DNA of 64,000 nt, taken from contig NC_068984.1 in assembly GCF_001194135.2 (NCBI RefSeq), positions 42,456,734-42,520,733 on the forward strand. Direction: 5' to 3'. The notes beneath the pieces are model-generated. The model ran no database searches and was not told the origin of the DNA. It saw nothing but the letters and a program-made list of their open reading frames with translations. This stretch comes from Octopus bimaculoides. Its lineage: Eukaryota. The translations under genes were made by a program, and so were the position numbers. Below are positions 25,235 through 38,338 of this stretch, one piece after another. How positions within the stretch are numbered: position 1 is the first letter of the stretch; each line of letters starts with the position of its first letter.

Positions 25235-25930
25235 AATAGACCTAGCTGAAAATCTACGACTTTCCTCCTCTGTTGGAAGACCTGTACACTACCATACTCT
25301 GGCCTCACACAATACTTTTTTTTATATTTTAATTCCTTTCTTTAGTTCTTTTCTTTCACGTCTTCACTCCATATTACCTTTCGAAGGCATCGGCAACTTA
25401 ACTATCATAACTATGTTTTTGTTAAGTTAGACAATGCTAAAAGGTTAGAGCGTTACTTTGGCATTGCGATATGGCTTGGGATTACAGGTGCTTTCTTCAA
25501 CTCTACCTGCGCCTTCAAATCATTAGCAGCATACGGTCTGGGCCTTAGTTTTCTTCTCCTTACTCTTCTGTGTTATCCTATTTTATCTGTCTTGTAGAAA
25601 ACAACAGGGTGCAACTTTGTTTTAATTCTCATTCCATTGATATCGCTAAATTGTTGCTTTAGTGTGCCGACAACCATATTCAGAACCTGGTTGCGCCACC
25701 AGCCGTACTCTGCAAAGGATAACTTGCGCATCACCAGAACACACTCCTCTGTATTTATGGCAGCATTTAGCAGTGTCACTCCATTCCCTTTGAATCGGGA
25801 GTGCACATTCAAAATATACTACATTTAGGAGAAACTGCAACCTGGCTGGTTCAATTTCCCACTTTGCTCAGTTGTCTCCCCATGCTGTCTAAGCACATTG
25901 GCTTCCTAACACGACTGAATTAATCACATG
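25235..25930 (-). mobile_element. Decayed HERO-like RLE non-LTR retrotransposon, C-terminal region
   Basis: The minus strand reads, in order, WEIEPARLQFLLNVVY..LP, YGWWRNQVLNMV (YxWRHNQVL after the zinc knuckle), AANDLKAQVELKKAPVIPSHIA, ..GNME*RRERK and GLPTEEESRRF (PVEVGCRGF-like). Confidence 0.7.
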
Positions 25931-28419
25931 CTATTCCTCCGTAATGTAACGAATCACTTTGGTCACAATTTCCCGCCTTCTCCGTTGGTATATCCTTGTT
26001 CTGTGCCAGTCCCAGTTGTCGCATGTGTTCTGCATGACAGCAAACTACATGCAGATGCTTGTATATACTGGCGTTTTTGTTGTGTAGTTATGGTTATGTA
26101 AGTCTATTAACTGCTAATTTATAAAACCTCCCTGTATCCGTCAGTGTACTTAATCAGGACATTTCAATCACATCCTTTCTAACCGATTTTATTCCCATCA
26201 TCACCGTCATCATAGTACCCATCACAAACATTACAGGCAATAACTTCAAAGAACGCTGCTACCATCCCTACAGACCGAAACTACCACACTTAACCACCCA
26301 ATGCATGTTAGTTTGTATTTCGACAACATCCACCCATCAGGCTAAATTTTCATTTCCTCTGTTAAAAAAAAAAAGAATCAAACAACTATTACATTTTTGC
26401 ATTCATTCCTGACATAACATTTCATAAGAGTAATTTACTGTTAAAATTATTCACTTCATCCTTCGTCCACAAACTAGTGAAGAGCTATTGGATGGTAGAT
26501 TTTTGACTAAAATAAAAAGCGATTATGATTAAAATGTCACTTATTTTATTTATATATATTTAAAAATTTATCTTGAGAATATTGTGTGACATTCTGAGGT
26601 ATATTGTCTCTGCAAGCCACGGGAACTTTTAAAATTTTGGATTAAGCATTAAGCGGAAGAGAAACAACCTTTTTTTTGGATAGAATAACATATTATCGTA
26701 AGTGAAATTCTGAGATCATTGCATTTTTATTCTTGCTAGTTTATGGAACTGAGATATGCTGAATTAAGTGCTCTTCCTAAACAGCATTAATGAATTTATT
26801 ACTCACAAACGATCACTTCATTATGTTATTCACTCAGTTTCTTTTTTTTACCTTTTCAGTGAAAAGTATCTTTTTTGTATTACTATGAATGTCTTAGATC
26901 ATTGCAAAGAGAAGATACTCTTACAATGCTGCTGGACTTTATATCAGCAAGGCGTTTAAGCATGAATAATATGAGAATCTCCAAGCTCAGTTTTTTTTTT
27001 ATTTCACGTCTCTCACCTTTCGTTTAACGATTTGCGAGAAACGGAGTTCATGTCGCTCATGTCGTAAAGTAGCGACCCACTTGTTGTCATCTACCAACAT
27101 TCTCTTGTTAGCAAATGATACTATTTTCTATTCCTTCTCTACTTTCCACTTACAAATGTCATCGTAGTTAGAGTACTCAAAAACATGCACCGTCTCTTTT
27201 AACAGTGGAAACAATCCTCCAATAGTGTTTTAAAATTTAGCATATTTCAAGAATTCATGGTTTATATCAAGTCATGTTTTACATCAACTAAACGATATCC
27301 AACAACCTGCAATTAATTCATTACAAATTCTGGACTTCATAATATCTGGTGATCTTTCTTAGTGGCGCCATATACTAAACAAAGCTGAAATTGCATCATT
27401 AAAAGTATCCTCTCTCTTCAGAGGTAAACATACTTCATTTCTAATCAGCTGCGGATTACAAATATCAAGTAAGACCTACAACCAATCACAGCTTGCATGA
27501 CTGATAACGGTGTTGCTGCTATCCATACAAACATGCTTTATTGCAACAGTTTGAAAATGACAAACACCAGACCCCACTCCCAAATACTAAAGAAAATTTT
27601 TCTATCCCTTTCTCTCATTATTGGTGATAGGACAAAATATCTTCACCGTAGTGTTGGACAAGTTAAAAAAATTTCAAACCGTTTTATTTTTTAAAGCATG
27701 TCTATTTGTCTGCTCCCTTTTTAAATCCTGTCAGCCACCAACAAGTGAGACACGTTGCTTTATCGCATCTTAAAGGAAAAACCACGTGTCTCCAACTTGT
27801 TCAAAAATAGACTGGCTCCTCTTTCTACATATTGTATCGTTACTACAAATAGTTCATCATTAATTAGATACATACTACCTCAGTTCAGACTTTCACGAAA
27901 TTCCAGTCTCTGCTCTTCTCGTCACAGTATTCTGTCTCATGCCAGTTCATTCACTTTGCCAAACTTTTCCTCGCCACTTTAGTATACCCTCTTCGTAAGC
28001 GCATTTCCTGTATAATTTAAGCCATTGACATTGAAGTTGAATGTAACCTACATCGATCTCACAAATAAGGACGACCCATGAAGGACCAGACTATTATTTC
28101 TTCCTTCTGATTCTTTTGACTCTGAATTGCTCACGAAAAATTTTTACTCATTTCAAAGTCTCAGCTCTTGTGTGTGTGGGGTGGGGTGGGGGGCGTGTAA
28201 AATTCCCTTCAAAACACAGTTAAAAATAGCGACAAAGTTCGATAATTTCTTTCTGGGTTATATTATATCTGAAACAAAGCTGGTGTAGTCTCGCCTGGAA
28301 TCATAGGTCACTTGGAAATATACAGTAATGGCAACGTCATATTCTAAGGCATGTGCTGTTGTAAATTGTGAAAGACTGAATTAGAAGTAGAGGCATAATA
28401 AGAGGAGGGGCGAGTGAGA

Positions 28420-28435
28420 GCTGCCATCTGGGGTG
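28420..28435 (-). promoter_or_regulatory. Candidate CTCF-binding motif
   Basis: The reverse complement CACCCCAGATGGCAGC fits the bilaterian CTCF core CCASYAGRKGGCRS. This is a motif match only. Confidence 0.3.
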
Positions 28436-29835
28436 CAGGTGTGAGGAGAGCAAATTTCCTCTATTCTGTCATGCCGAGAGCGCTAAATGTGTGTCTTCCG
28501 GTGCTAGAGACTGTTGTCTTGCCACTGATTAGAATCAACAATATTTCGATAAATTCTCTTCCTAGTTTCACCTACACCCCGAATACTTCAAAATTAGTTG
28601 CATAACGAAAACATTCAGTACAAAACCATATTCAATCTAAGTTGGAGGTTAGGATTTTTTGTTTCGTGATCTACATTTTCAGATTTTGCTACGTGACTAT
28701 GTTAAAACATCATTAAAAATATAATAGCGTCAATAACAGTATACATTACATTATTAAAAATACTTTAGGTTGTTTAACTAAGAGATGGCTGCTAAAAATG
28801 TTTAGCTACCGACAAGAATTGAATGTATTCTAACATCCATTAATCTATTCAAAAATTGTTCATAGGCTTTCCTGTGTTGATGGCCATCTTTTGATATTCC
28901 ACTAATATTACTAAATCTTATCTCAAAATTGTGTTACGACAGTAGGGTTACTAATAATTGGATTAACTCTGGTTGTGTGCCTAAACTCTTTTCTCTCATT
29001 GAGGAAAACGCTTCATTTTTGATTTGTTGACTATTTACAGAGATAATTCGTGGAATTTAGAAAGTCTGTGGGCATTCTATAACAGAAGAGTACGGTTGAA
29101 ATTATCGATATTTTTGTATTAAGAACTTAAACGATTTTTTTTTGATTTTTTTCTTTTCAATCTTAATGTTTAGCAGATGATCATTTAGCTGAAGTGCAAT
29201 CACTTTTCAAGTCCAGTCAGTGAATTAAAAAATCTAGTTTAGAATTGCAGTTATAGTTTCGGTCTGCCACTCGGCATGAAATTTCGCAAAAGCTAATAAA
29301 TATTTTATGGTTGAAATATGTATTGAACATCTATCATTTATTATGGCATTAAGTGAAGGAAATTCCTTTGATCTGCGGAAGTTGGGGAAGGAATTTTGAT
29401 ACGTTTGTAGCTTTCTTAAAAGTAAAAGTAGTATAAGTTAATTTAAATATCTTCGAACTGATTCGGATTTCCATTTGCTGAATCTTTAACGTGTTCTTTA
29501 TAGTACTCAAAATGTGGTTCTTCTTTCTTTGTTTTTTTTTTCTTTTTTATGCTAATCCCAGGATGGAGCAGTAAATTTATAGCTTATTGATGCTACTCTC
29601 GTAAAACAAGCCAAAATGTCGGTCAAATTTCATTAAGCATGTTCAAGATTTTTAATATTATACACACTCAAGTTTGCAACTGATGTAGTTTAAAAGTCAC
29701 TCATTAGTTAATTTACCTTTCATCTTCTGGAGATTAAAAGCATAGGCAGCAGTTCTATTCATCAGTAGATTGAAATATCTGTTCTTATCTCCTATAATTT
29801 GGAACCTTACCCCAATGAGAAACAAGAAACGAAGG

Positions 29836-30180
29836 AGCCTCTATGTGATCTGTTGGCCTGCTAGAAATAGTAGCCAAATTAAAACTACATCGTCTTTAGA
29901 AAAGAGATTATACATCAAATAAAGTTGTCATAGATATATAAGACAGATTAGTCATAGTTTGATGACACTTTTGGTTATAGATCTGCTTGATCAGAACCAT
30001 CTGTAGTATTAAGCAATAAGAAGAAATTAACCTCAATTATTTGGAACTAATAAGGTGTATTCTACCTGGTCACTCTATCAATTAAAAATACGAGTCTCTT
30101 TCACATCACATACACTACCGTCTTAAAAAGTGAAAAACATTAGGTTATGTGATACACTACGCCTGAGAAAAAAAAAGGAA
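29836..30180 (+). repeat. Unclassified interspersed repeat (family E); related copies near 30610-30655, 44235-44330, 60225-60400 and 61630-61730
   Basis: Recurrent block like ctgctagaaatagcagccaaat ... accgtcttaaaaa. The copies are diverged and the limits are approximate. Confidence 0.5.
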
Positions 30181-30907
30181 GACGAAGAATCAGCAAAATG
30201 ATCAGATGCTTCTACTCAATGGTCTGCCTCATCAGGGTTTACTTGCGAATCATCACCATTAAGAAAGTTGCATGTGTTGGAAGTTGTTGAGTTGCGGTAA
30301 AGAAATGGCAAGCCAAGTTCCCAGTTTTTCTATATTTTGCACAGAACAAGAACTTCACTAAACCTTATTATAATTGTGATTACGTAAGAATATCCGTATG
30401 TGTAACCGAATCACTGCTTGTCTTTTCTCTCACATAACTTACACCTCACGCCGCCTCTTACATCAACCGCCTGTCAAATAGAAATCATAAGAAAGATGTT
30501 TTCTCACAGACGAGAGTATCGACCGGTCTGCTTGCTGTATCACTGCTTTGTTATGTTTTGTCTAATGTACAGTGACATCGATGTATGCCGGCTGGTCTCA
30601 AAGCGTACCAAAGGAGTGTCTATGTAGTCGCTCAACCTGCTGGAAATAGCAATCTGTCTGATGACACTAGTTCCTGCTGGCCAAAGCTCCATTCACTTTG
30701 GTCATTGGAAAATTCACCGTCTTCTAGGTGTTATCAATAACATATACATACTTACATAAATTAGTTCCTTATCTGTATCTTACAATACATCTCAGCGCTT
30801 CTAAAAGCAAACATTGTTTGTTTACATTTATCGTAATTTGAAATTAACTTCCAGCGTCTTATATGTTAGCTTTATAAGTTAAAAAATTTCGGATTAATTT
30901 GTCAGTT

Positions 30908-30980
30908 GATAGTTTAGCTTAATTCGTAAAGCACTTGACTGGTAATCAAAGGGATGTGAGCTCGTGCCTCATGGCTGGTT
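30908..30980 (+). pseudogene. tRNA-Thr(GGT)-like cloverleaf: pseudogene or SINE head
   Basis: 73 nt with canonical spacing. D stem gctt/aagc, anticodon stem cttga/tcaaa with loop CT-GGT-AA, T stem gtgag/ctcat. The acceptor stem and T-loop are degenerate. Confidence 0.65.
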
Positions 30981-33411
30981 GCTGACGAATTTTCCCGCAA
31001 AATATAGACATTTTAAACTGCTCCTGCTGTTCTATCATCATTTCTGCGTTGGAGAAGAATTTATTTCTTTATCTATATCTCAATGCTTCTAGAAGCAAAC
31101 ATTGTTTGTTTACATTTATCGAAATTTGAATATATATAGTTTGTGTCTGAGGAGAGTCCTTCTGTTTTATGCCTTATTAATTAACACACTAATCGGTTTA
31201 ATTTCTACTCATGTATTATTTCTTTCTTTCTGTTGCTTCTTGCAAGCTCTGCAACAGTTGTTGACTCCGTTGGTTATCGGAGCTGCGTTCTTTATTTGTG
31301 TGTGCGTCAGTGTGCATGTGTATACACATATGTATGTATGCGTGTGTCTGTGTGTGCGGTATGTATATATATATATATATATATATGTATGCGTGTGTGT
31401 ACGTTTGTATGAATGTATTCTGCATCTTTATGTGTTTGCATGCACATGTTCGTGTGTTTCTGCGTGTGTGTGTGTTTGTGTGTATGTCTATGTCTCCTTA
31501 TGTGTGCGTGTTTGAATATGTTTATGTGTATGGGTTTGTGTGACTATGTACATGCACCTGTTATGTATTGATATGGGTTTCTTTATGTGTGCTTGTGTGT
31601 GTGTGTGTGTGTATGTGTGTCCGTGCGTGTGTATGTGTGTACGTTATCATATCATTAAAGCATGAAAATAACGCTAGGACCGGATTTAAAACATGGCGAG
31701 GCCAGGTCACTTCAAGTTCGGTAGGCCCCTTATACACAAGAATTAAAATCTTAGAAAATGACAAAATTTAATTCTCAAAACCTATCTATTTCAAATAATT
31801 GAATTTGATGAGTTAGCAGAGAAAGTTTAAATAAATGACTGAAAATGTCGCTTTATAGATACACTTTTTAAAAATTCAAGTTTCATATTTACACATCCAC
31901 TTGCAGCGTTTGACTTTTCCTTCATTGTGAAAAATACAATGAAGGAGGGAAGAGTGGGTGTCAGATTTCTTTGTTTTAATGCGAGTTACAAATGTTTCGA
32001 AATAAAGAATAAGATATGACAGAAAATTACGTAAAANNNNNNNNNNNNNNNNNNNNNNNNNNNNNNNNNNNNNNNNNNNNNNNNNNNNNNNNNNNNNNNN
32101 NNNNNNNNNNNNNNNNNNNNNNNNNNNNNNNNNNNNNNNNNNNNNNNNNNNNNNNNNNNNNNNNNNNNNNNNNNNNNNNNNNNNNNNNNNNNNNNNNNNN
32201 NNNNNNNNNNNNNNNNGTCTGTGTCTGTGTGCATGTGTTTGTGTGTGTGTGAGAGAGAGAGAGAGAGGGTGAAGACGTCAACATTTAAAGACATGGATTT
32301 TAAAAATTCCTCTTTTAAAACGTCTTCCCTTCGTTGCTTTGTAATGCGTGAAAAAAAAAAATGGCGGGTGGTAGGGAGATCCCGACAAAAACGGGAAAAT
32401 TCAAACAGCTATTTCCGAAATTTTTCTTTTCCAGTTTCCAGTAGGGGTGAGTGGAGCACAATGAGTAATATTTATTGCTTTTTTGACTTTGAAGAAAATA
32501 TATTTGCAAAGACTATATCAGCCAAGTAAAGGCCTTCTCTAAATACAGTAAAGCCTATAAAATATTCGGAACACTCTTTCAGAAAATTATCACTGTTCTC
32601 TTAGAGCATATAAAAGAATTTAGGTGAGGCAGAATGGGTAGAACAAGATGAAGTAAATTTGCATTTCCATTTCTCCGAATTACATTTGAAAAATGACTCA
32701 TACACATAAATGTCCATCCTTACACATCAGAAAAATAAAAAATGCAACAAAATTTAATATGACTTGGTCAAATGAAAGAGGATCATGGAAAAATAGCACA
32801 TAATATGAAATTAATAAAACTCAACTAAATCTAAAAACTGAACATAAAATATTCTCTATAGCTTCTTCAATATAGTTTCTTCACCAAAAATTATCTAGAT
32901 ATTTTATTAGCTGCATCAATTAATCGGGTTAAATTTGAGGGAAAATTTCTTGCGAATAGTACCTGTCACCTATGTTTCAAACTCTCAACTTCAACAACAA
33001 CTATGTAAACTACTGACCAATTTTTACTACCAACTACGTAACTTATGCTGACCAAATTTTACTCCCAAAGATGATGCAATGGTGCAAAATGAAAGAAAAT
33101 AGCAAGGAATCAGAAATTATTCATTTTGACCCAGTTGCCAATTTTGCCCTACTCCCATATAATAATTCCAAGTGTTTGACAGAATGACAAAAAATATAGG
33201 TAAAAATACGAAAGAAAAAAGGTTCGATTTAATGAGATATCTGAATATATTTGCAATAATTCTGAAACCAAAACAGAATGCTTTTAGTTGTTGAGAGATG
33301 TAGTTAAATAATTAAAACTAAATTCAAACTTTAAATTTTAAAACACACTTACTTGCTTCATAAAATAAGAACAGTTTCCAATGCCTCACTGAAATAGGTT
33401 TAGAAGTAGAA

Positions 33412-33453
<42 letters not shown>

Positions 33454-34799
33454 GTGTGTGCGCGCGCGCGCACGTGCGCGCCTTTAACTGCTATAGGTCA
33501 AACCAAGATCAAGATCAGTCCTGCGTCGAAAAGAAGGAATTTGGCCTAGAGACAATAACATTTTTCTATCAATCTCTTTATCTTTATATAAGTTCATACA
33601 CACACACACACACACACACAGATAAATACTTACATGCATACATACATTTTCAGGAGCATTTTGTTGTTTCTCTTGTCTTTGTCATTGTCCCAAAAGCAGT
33701 TACAATTTCCCTTGGTAATTGAATTGTAAGCTGCTTTGAGACTGGGTATAAACTATCATTTAATTGAATGCATTGGTTCCTCTTAGGTGGCAAAATCTAT
33801 GGTTATTTATCATAAAAGAGAATCCATTACATTTTTTAAGAAATCAATACACCTTTGTATATTGAAAGAAAGCCCCGACATGCCTGATTACTGGAATGTG
33901 TGGGCATCCTGTATTGAGTGCTATATACCATTCGTAGCAGGGGTCCCCAATATCTAGATGCCCAGGGCAATTTCCCCCTTCACTCCACTATAAATCCAGC
34001 CCTGCATGACGTTATGTGCTATATGATGGCTCCGTTTATAGCGAGATGAGTTCATGAGATATGTCTCCGAGTTGATTTAAATCCCGGTTATAGTCATTTA
34101 CATTCAATTAACTCGATAAAAGGTATTTTGATAGTGTTTGAAGGAACGAAACTATCAATTTCTTAAGAAAAACTTTATTTCTCCGAAAGAAATCAATATT
34201 TAGTGTAATGTCTCGGAAATAAAGCAAAGCAAAGTTTAAGAAATTAACAAACAAGAGCACTGAGTACCCTTTCTCTGATCGTGTTTATCTTACAATTACT
34301 GACCTTCGGTAGTTCAAAGGAATATATAAAAACAGTTTAAAAAATAGACAATACGGGTCTCAACTTCACTCCTTTTGTTCCAGTTTTTTTTTGTTTTTTT
34401 TTTGTAGATTGGAATCTAAACGTTACGGGCGTTGTCCGATCGAACGGAAGAAACGCACAAACTTAGACGACGTAAAACAAATCCCTAATATTGACAAAAC
34501 ATATCATCACATAAAAGTGTTGAGTCTGAAATTACGTTAGAGGTAGGGCTAGGTGTACTGTTTACAATGTGCCCGGTACCAGCAATCACTGAATGTCAGC
34601 AAAAGTCTGGACAAACTTAAATACACTTTGAACTTCACATATGTCATTCTGGAGATATTTTGTTATGAAACACATTTCACTGTACTGTTTTTTTTTTTAT
34701 TATATATTATTCAAGAGGGAACGAGAAGAGTTTCAAATCAATATTTCTGGACTTCAACATACTATTATCATTTTTTCATTAAACATTGATCATAGAAAA

Positions 34800-34843
<44 letters not shown>

Positions 34844-35755
34844 NNNNNNNNNNNNNNNNNNNNNNNNNNNNNNNNNNNNNNNNNNNNNNNNNNNNNNNNN
34901 NNNNNNNNNNNNNNNNNNNNNNNNNNNNNNNNNNNNNNNNNNNNNNNNNNNNNNNNNNNNNNNNNNNNNNNNNNNNNNNNNNNNNNNNNNNNNNNNNNNN
35001 NNNNNNNNNNNNNNNNNNNNNNNNNNNNNNNNNNNNNNNNNNNNNNNNNNNNNNNNNNNNNNNNNNNNNNNNNNNNNNNNNNNNNNNNNNNNNNNNNNNN
35101 NNNNNNNNNNNNNNNNNNNNNNNNNNNNNNNNNNNNNNNNNNNNNNNNNNNNNNNNNNNNNNNNNNNNNNNNNNNNNNNNNNNNNNNNNNNNNNNNNNNN
35201 NNNNNNNNNNNNNNNNNNNNNNNNNNNNNNNNNNNNNNNNNNNNNNNNNNNNNNNNNNNNNNNNNNNNNNNNNNNNNNNNNNNNNNNNNNNNNNNNNNNN
35301 NNNNNNNNNNNNNNNNNNNNNNNNNNNNNNNNNNNNNNNNNNNNNNNNNATATATATATATATATATATTCTACAAAATCGAATAGTGGTTGAGAAAGGT
35401 ATTTGGAACCTCTTTCCATAGAAAAGTTAACATGATACAAAAACCGGGCAATGACTGATCAGTTTTTGGCACGGCATGTGCGGAATTAATGAAAGAAGAT
35501 ACACTATGCATGAAAAAAAAAAAAAAGAAAACGAAAAGGGACGGTTAGGGCTCGAATGCTTCATTAGGACTGACGCGTGTTTTAACAACCGCACTTCAAT
35601 TATTAAAAAAAATATCTTCCGTAACACCATTATGAACACCCTCATCAACATCTCTTCTATCTGTAACATCACTAGCAATACTCTAATCATCATTATTACC
35701 ATAATTACTGTTAAAATCATTTACTTTTTTTTTGTCATTGTGTAATTCAGTGAAC

Positions 35756-36142
35756 GTGGAGGCGCAATGGCCCAGTGGTTAAGGCAGCGGACTCACGGTC
35801 ATAGGATTACGGTTTCGATTCCCAGACCGGGCGTCGTGAGTGTTTATTGAGCGAAAACACCAATAGCTCCACGAGGCTCCGGCAGGGGATGGTGGCGAAC
35901 CCTGCTGTACTCTTTCGCCACAACTTTCTCTCACTCTTTCTTCCTGTTTCTGTTGTGCCTGTAATTCAAAGGGTCGGCCTTGTCACACTGTCTCACGCTG
36001 AATATCCCCGAGAACTGCGTTAAGGGTACACGTGTCTGTGGAGTGCTCAGCCACTTGCACGTTAATTTCACGAGCAGGCTGTTCCGTTGATCGGATCAAC
36101 TGGAACCCTCGGCGTCGTTAGCGACGGAGTGCCAACAGCAAC
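35756..36142 (+). mobile_element. tRNA-derived SINE, family C, full length, with (CAA)-type tail and 12-bp TSD
   Basis: A box gcaatggcccagtggtt and B box ggtttcgattccc. TSD aattcagtga(a/g)c at 35744-35755 and 36143-36154. Confidence 0.92.
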
Positions 36143-36684
36143 AATTCAGTGAGCACCACGAGCACCACTGCCACAGCCTTCATCCCTGTCGCAAAGAAAA
36201 AAAAAATTCATTAGCAGCATAAACAGCAACCAACACATTTACCTACGTTCTTACAATCGTTGTTATTACCATCAACCAGAACAACACTACAATGATCATC
36301 TAATCATCACCATTATTGTCAGATACTGCAAGTAGCATCACCTCAGCCCTCATAAGTATTAGCACCGATTAAATCCTTCCATAATGCGCTACGGCACACT
36401 TAGTACATTTCTAGAAATCCGCAATATCAGTTTCAGCTAAGGCAAATAAATGAATGAATAAATAAATAAATAAATAAATAAAAATAAGGGCCATTCATAT
36501 AGCCACCTAACAGCTGCTTTTAGTGGTACCTTTGGTAGAAGTGAGTGACGGCAGCAGTGAAGAAGTTTGTTGAAGGTAACAGTAGAAGGAAGGGAATATT
36601 ATCTTTTACAGTTTGGGCCACCAAGTGTGTATTTGTTTATTTTGTCGGTAAATTGATAGGTATCTAGGCTGCTAAAGGAGGTTG

Positions 36685-36692
36685 TAGTAGTT

Positions 36693-36740
<48 letters not shown>

Positions 36741-36830
36741 TCAACAGCATTTGTTGTAGTAGTAGTAGGATCAACAGCATTTGTTGTTGTTGTAGTAGTA
36801 GTAGTAGTAGTAGTAGCAGCAGCAGCAGCA
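36685..36830. repeat. (TAG)n/(TTG)n/(CAG)n compound microsatellite. Comparable arrays lie at 3770-3910, 6080-6185, 9975-10030, 17580-17690, 19385-19440, 19580-19780, 24700-24780, 56730-56880, 59835-59915 and 62372-62500
   Basis: Direct reading. Confidence 0.95.
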
Positions 36831-37136
36831 GAAACGGTGGAGCACCAAGCAAATGTGTATTGTGATACTGATCTCCTGAGAGTTTGCGTTCGGTTAAAAG
36901 GGTCTTATCTTTGGTCCCTCTGGGTTCGATGAGGAAACTACTTGACAATTGATGGAAACGGTTTAATCAATTGTGTCTGAGTGAATATATGCTTGTGTAT
37001 GTGTTATACAAGGAGAACTATTACACACCTCGTACACGCCACACGCCCGTATAATGACTGTTACTGAATATGTCAATATACTAGTATATACAAATAAATA
37101 TGCCTCTGAACGTATGTCTTGAGTGTGTGTCACTAT

Positions 37137-37405
37137 AGCTGTGTGGTAAGTAGCTTGTTTACCATCAACATGGTTTCGGGTTCGGTCCCACTGCGTGGCA
37201 CCTTGGGCAAGTGTCTTCTACTATAGCCGCGGGCCGACCAAAGCCTTGTGAGAGGATTTGGTAGGCGGAAACTGAAAGAAGTCCGGTGTGTGTATATATG
37301 TGTGTGTGTGTGTGCGTGTATGTTCGTGTGTCTGTGTTTCTCTCCCTATCATCACTTGACAACCGATGGTGGTGTGTTTATGTCTCCGTAACATAGCGGT
37401 TCGGC
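37137..37405 (+). mobile_element. SINE family A, cut by an assembly gap
   Basis: gctgtgtggtaagtagcttg ... gcaccttgggcaagtgtcttctactatagcc ... cggttcggcaaaaagacc. Confidence 0.9.
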
Positions 37406-38012
37406 AAAAAGACCCCGATAGAATANNNNNNNNNNNNNNNNNNNNNNNNNNNNNNNNNNNNNNNNNNNNNNNNNNNNNNNNNNNNNNNNNNNNNNNNNNN
37501 NNNNNNNNNNNNNNNNNNNNNNNNNNNNNNNNNNNNNNNNNNNNNNNNNNNNNNNNNNNNNNNNNNNNNNNNNNNNNNNNNNNNNNNNNNNNNNNNNNNN
37601 NNNNNNNNNNNNNNNNNNNNNNNNNNNNTATATATATATATATATATATATATATTCTCTTCAAGTTTTAATTATTTGAAGTCTTTGGTTTGTTGATAGC
37701 AAAATCAACGTCACATTTTGAACTTGAATGAAGTTTCGTATATTTTAATTGCTCCGCTTAAAGATTGTATTCGTAATATTGTATCTATATATGTATGTCA
37801 TTATTGAGTTTTACTTCAAGATTTCATACCAATAGAAAAGAGTGGATTTCTAACCTAGATCCCAGGCTCTTTCATTGGAATTTCAGTATGTATGTATGTA
37901 TGTATATATGTATGTATGTATGTATGTGTGTATGTATGTACGTATGTATGTGTGTATGTATGTATGTATGTGTGTATGTATGTATTTATGTATTACGTAT
38001 GTATGTATGTAT

Positions 38013-38338
38013 GGTGTCTGAGTCTCAGTGTGGTCTTCGCTCCTCTAGGGGCATAGCTGATTGTATTTTTACTCTCAGACTATTTCAAGTAAAGTACATT
38101 GAACCGAACCATTGCTTTGTATATATGCGCAGATGTGTATATTTTATGTATGTATTCTCGTGCATATAGCTGCATATCTAGACATGCTCATATATATTTA
38201 AATGATAAGCCTCTGGAAAGTTTTACAGATGTTTACAGTTCCAATGATGGATTGGATCTGTAGTCTTCGAATTAACTTTCTCCTTTCTTGTTTTGATAAG
38301 CCTAACTTCTCAAGATTGGTATTTAGGCAGTGTTTTAT
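38013..38338 (-). mobile_element. 5'-truncated RLE-type non-LTR retrotransposon (ORF end plus 3' UTR) embedded in (CATA)n
   Basis: KHCLNTNLEKLGLSKQERRKLIRRLQIQSIIGTVNICKTFQRLII* ends at 38198. (TATG)n tracts lie on both sides. Confidence 0.7.

Noticed and set aside
27873-27882. let-7-like TGAGGTAGTA on the minus strand
   Set aside because: Only 10 nt match, the remainder differs and there is no precursor hairpin.
27000-28000. Possible RTE-like LINE relic on the minus strand
   Set aside because: The motif similarities are too weak to support a call.
34409-34540. Exon-like segment after a polypyrimidine tract (LESKRYGRCPIERKKRTN...)
   Set aside because: There is no recognisable protein similarity, the frame ends in a stop and the donor site is weak.
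35756-35830. tRNA-like A and B boxes in the SINE heads
   Set aside because: They continue into SINE bodies with TSDs and do not form complete cloverleaves, so they are not called tRNA genes.
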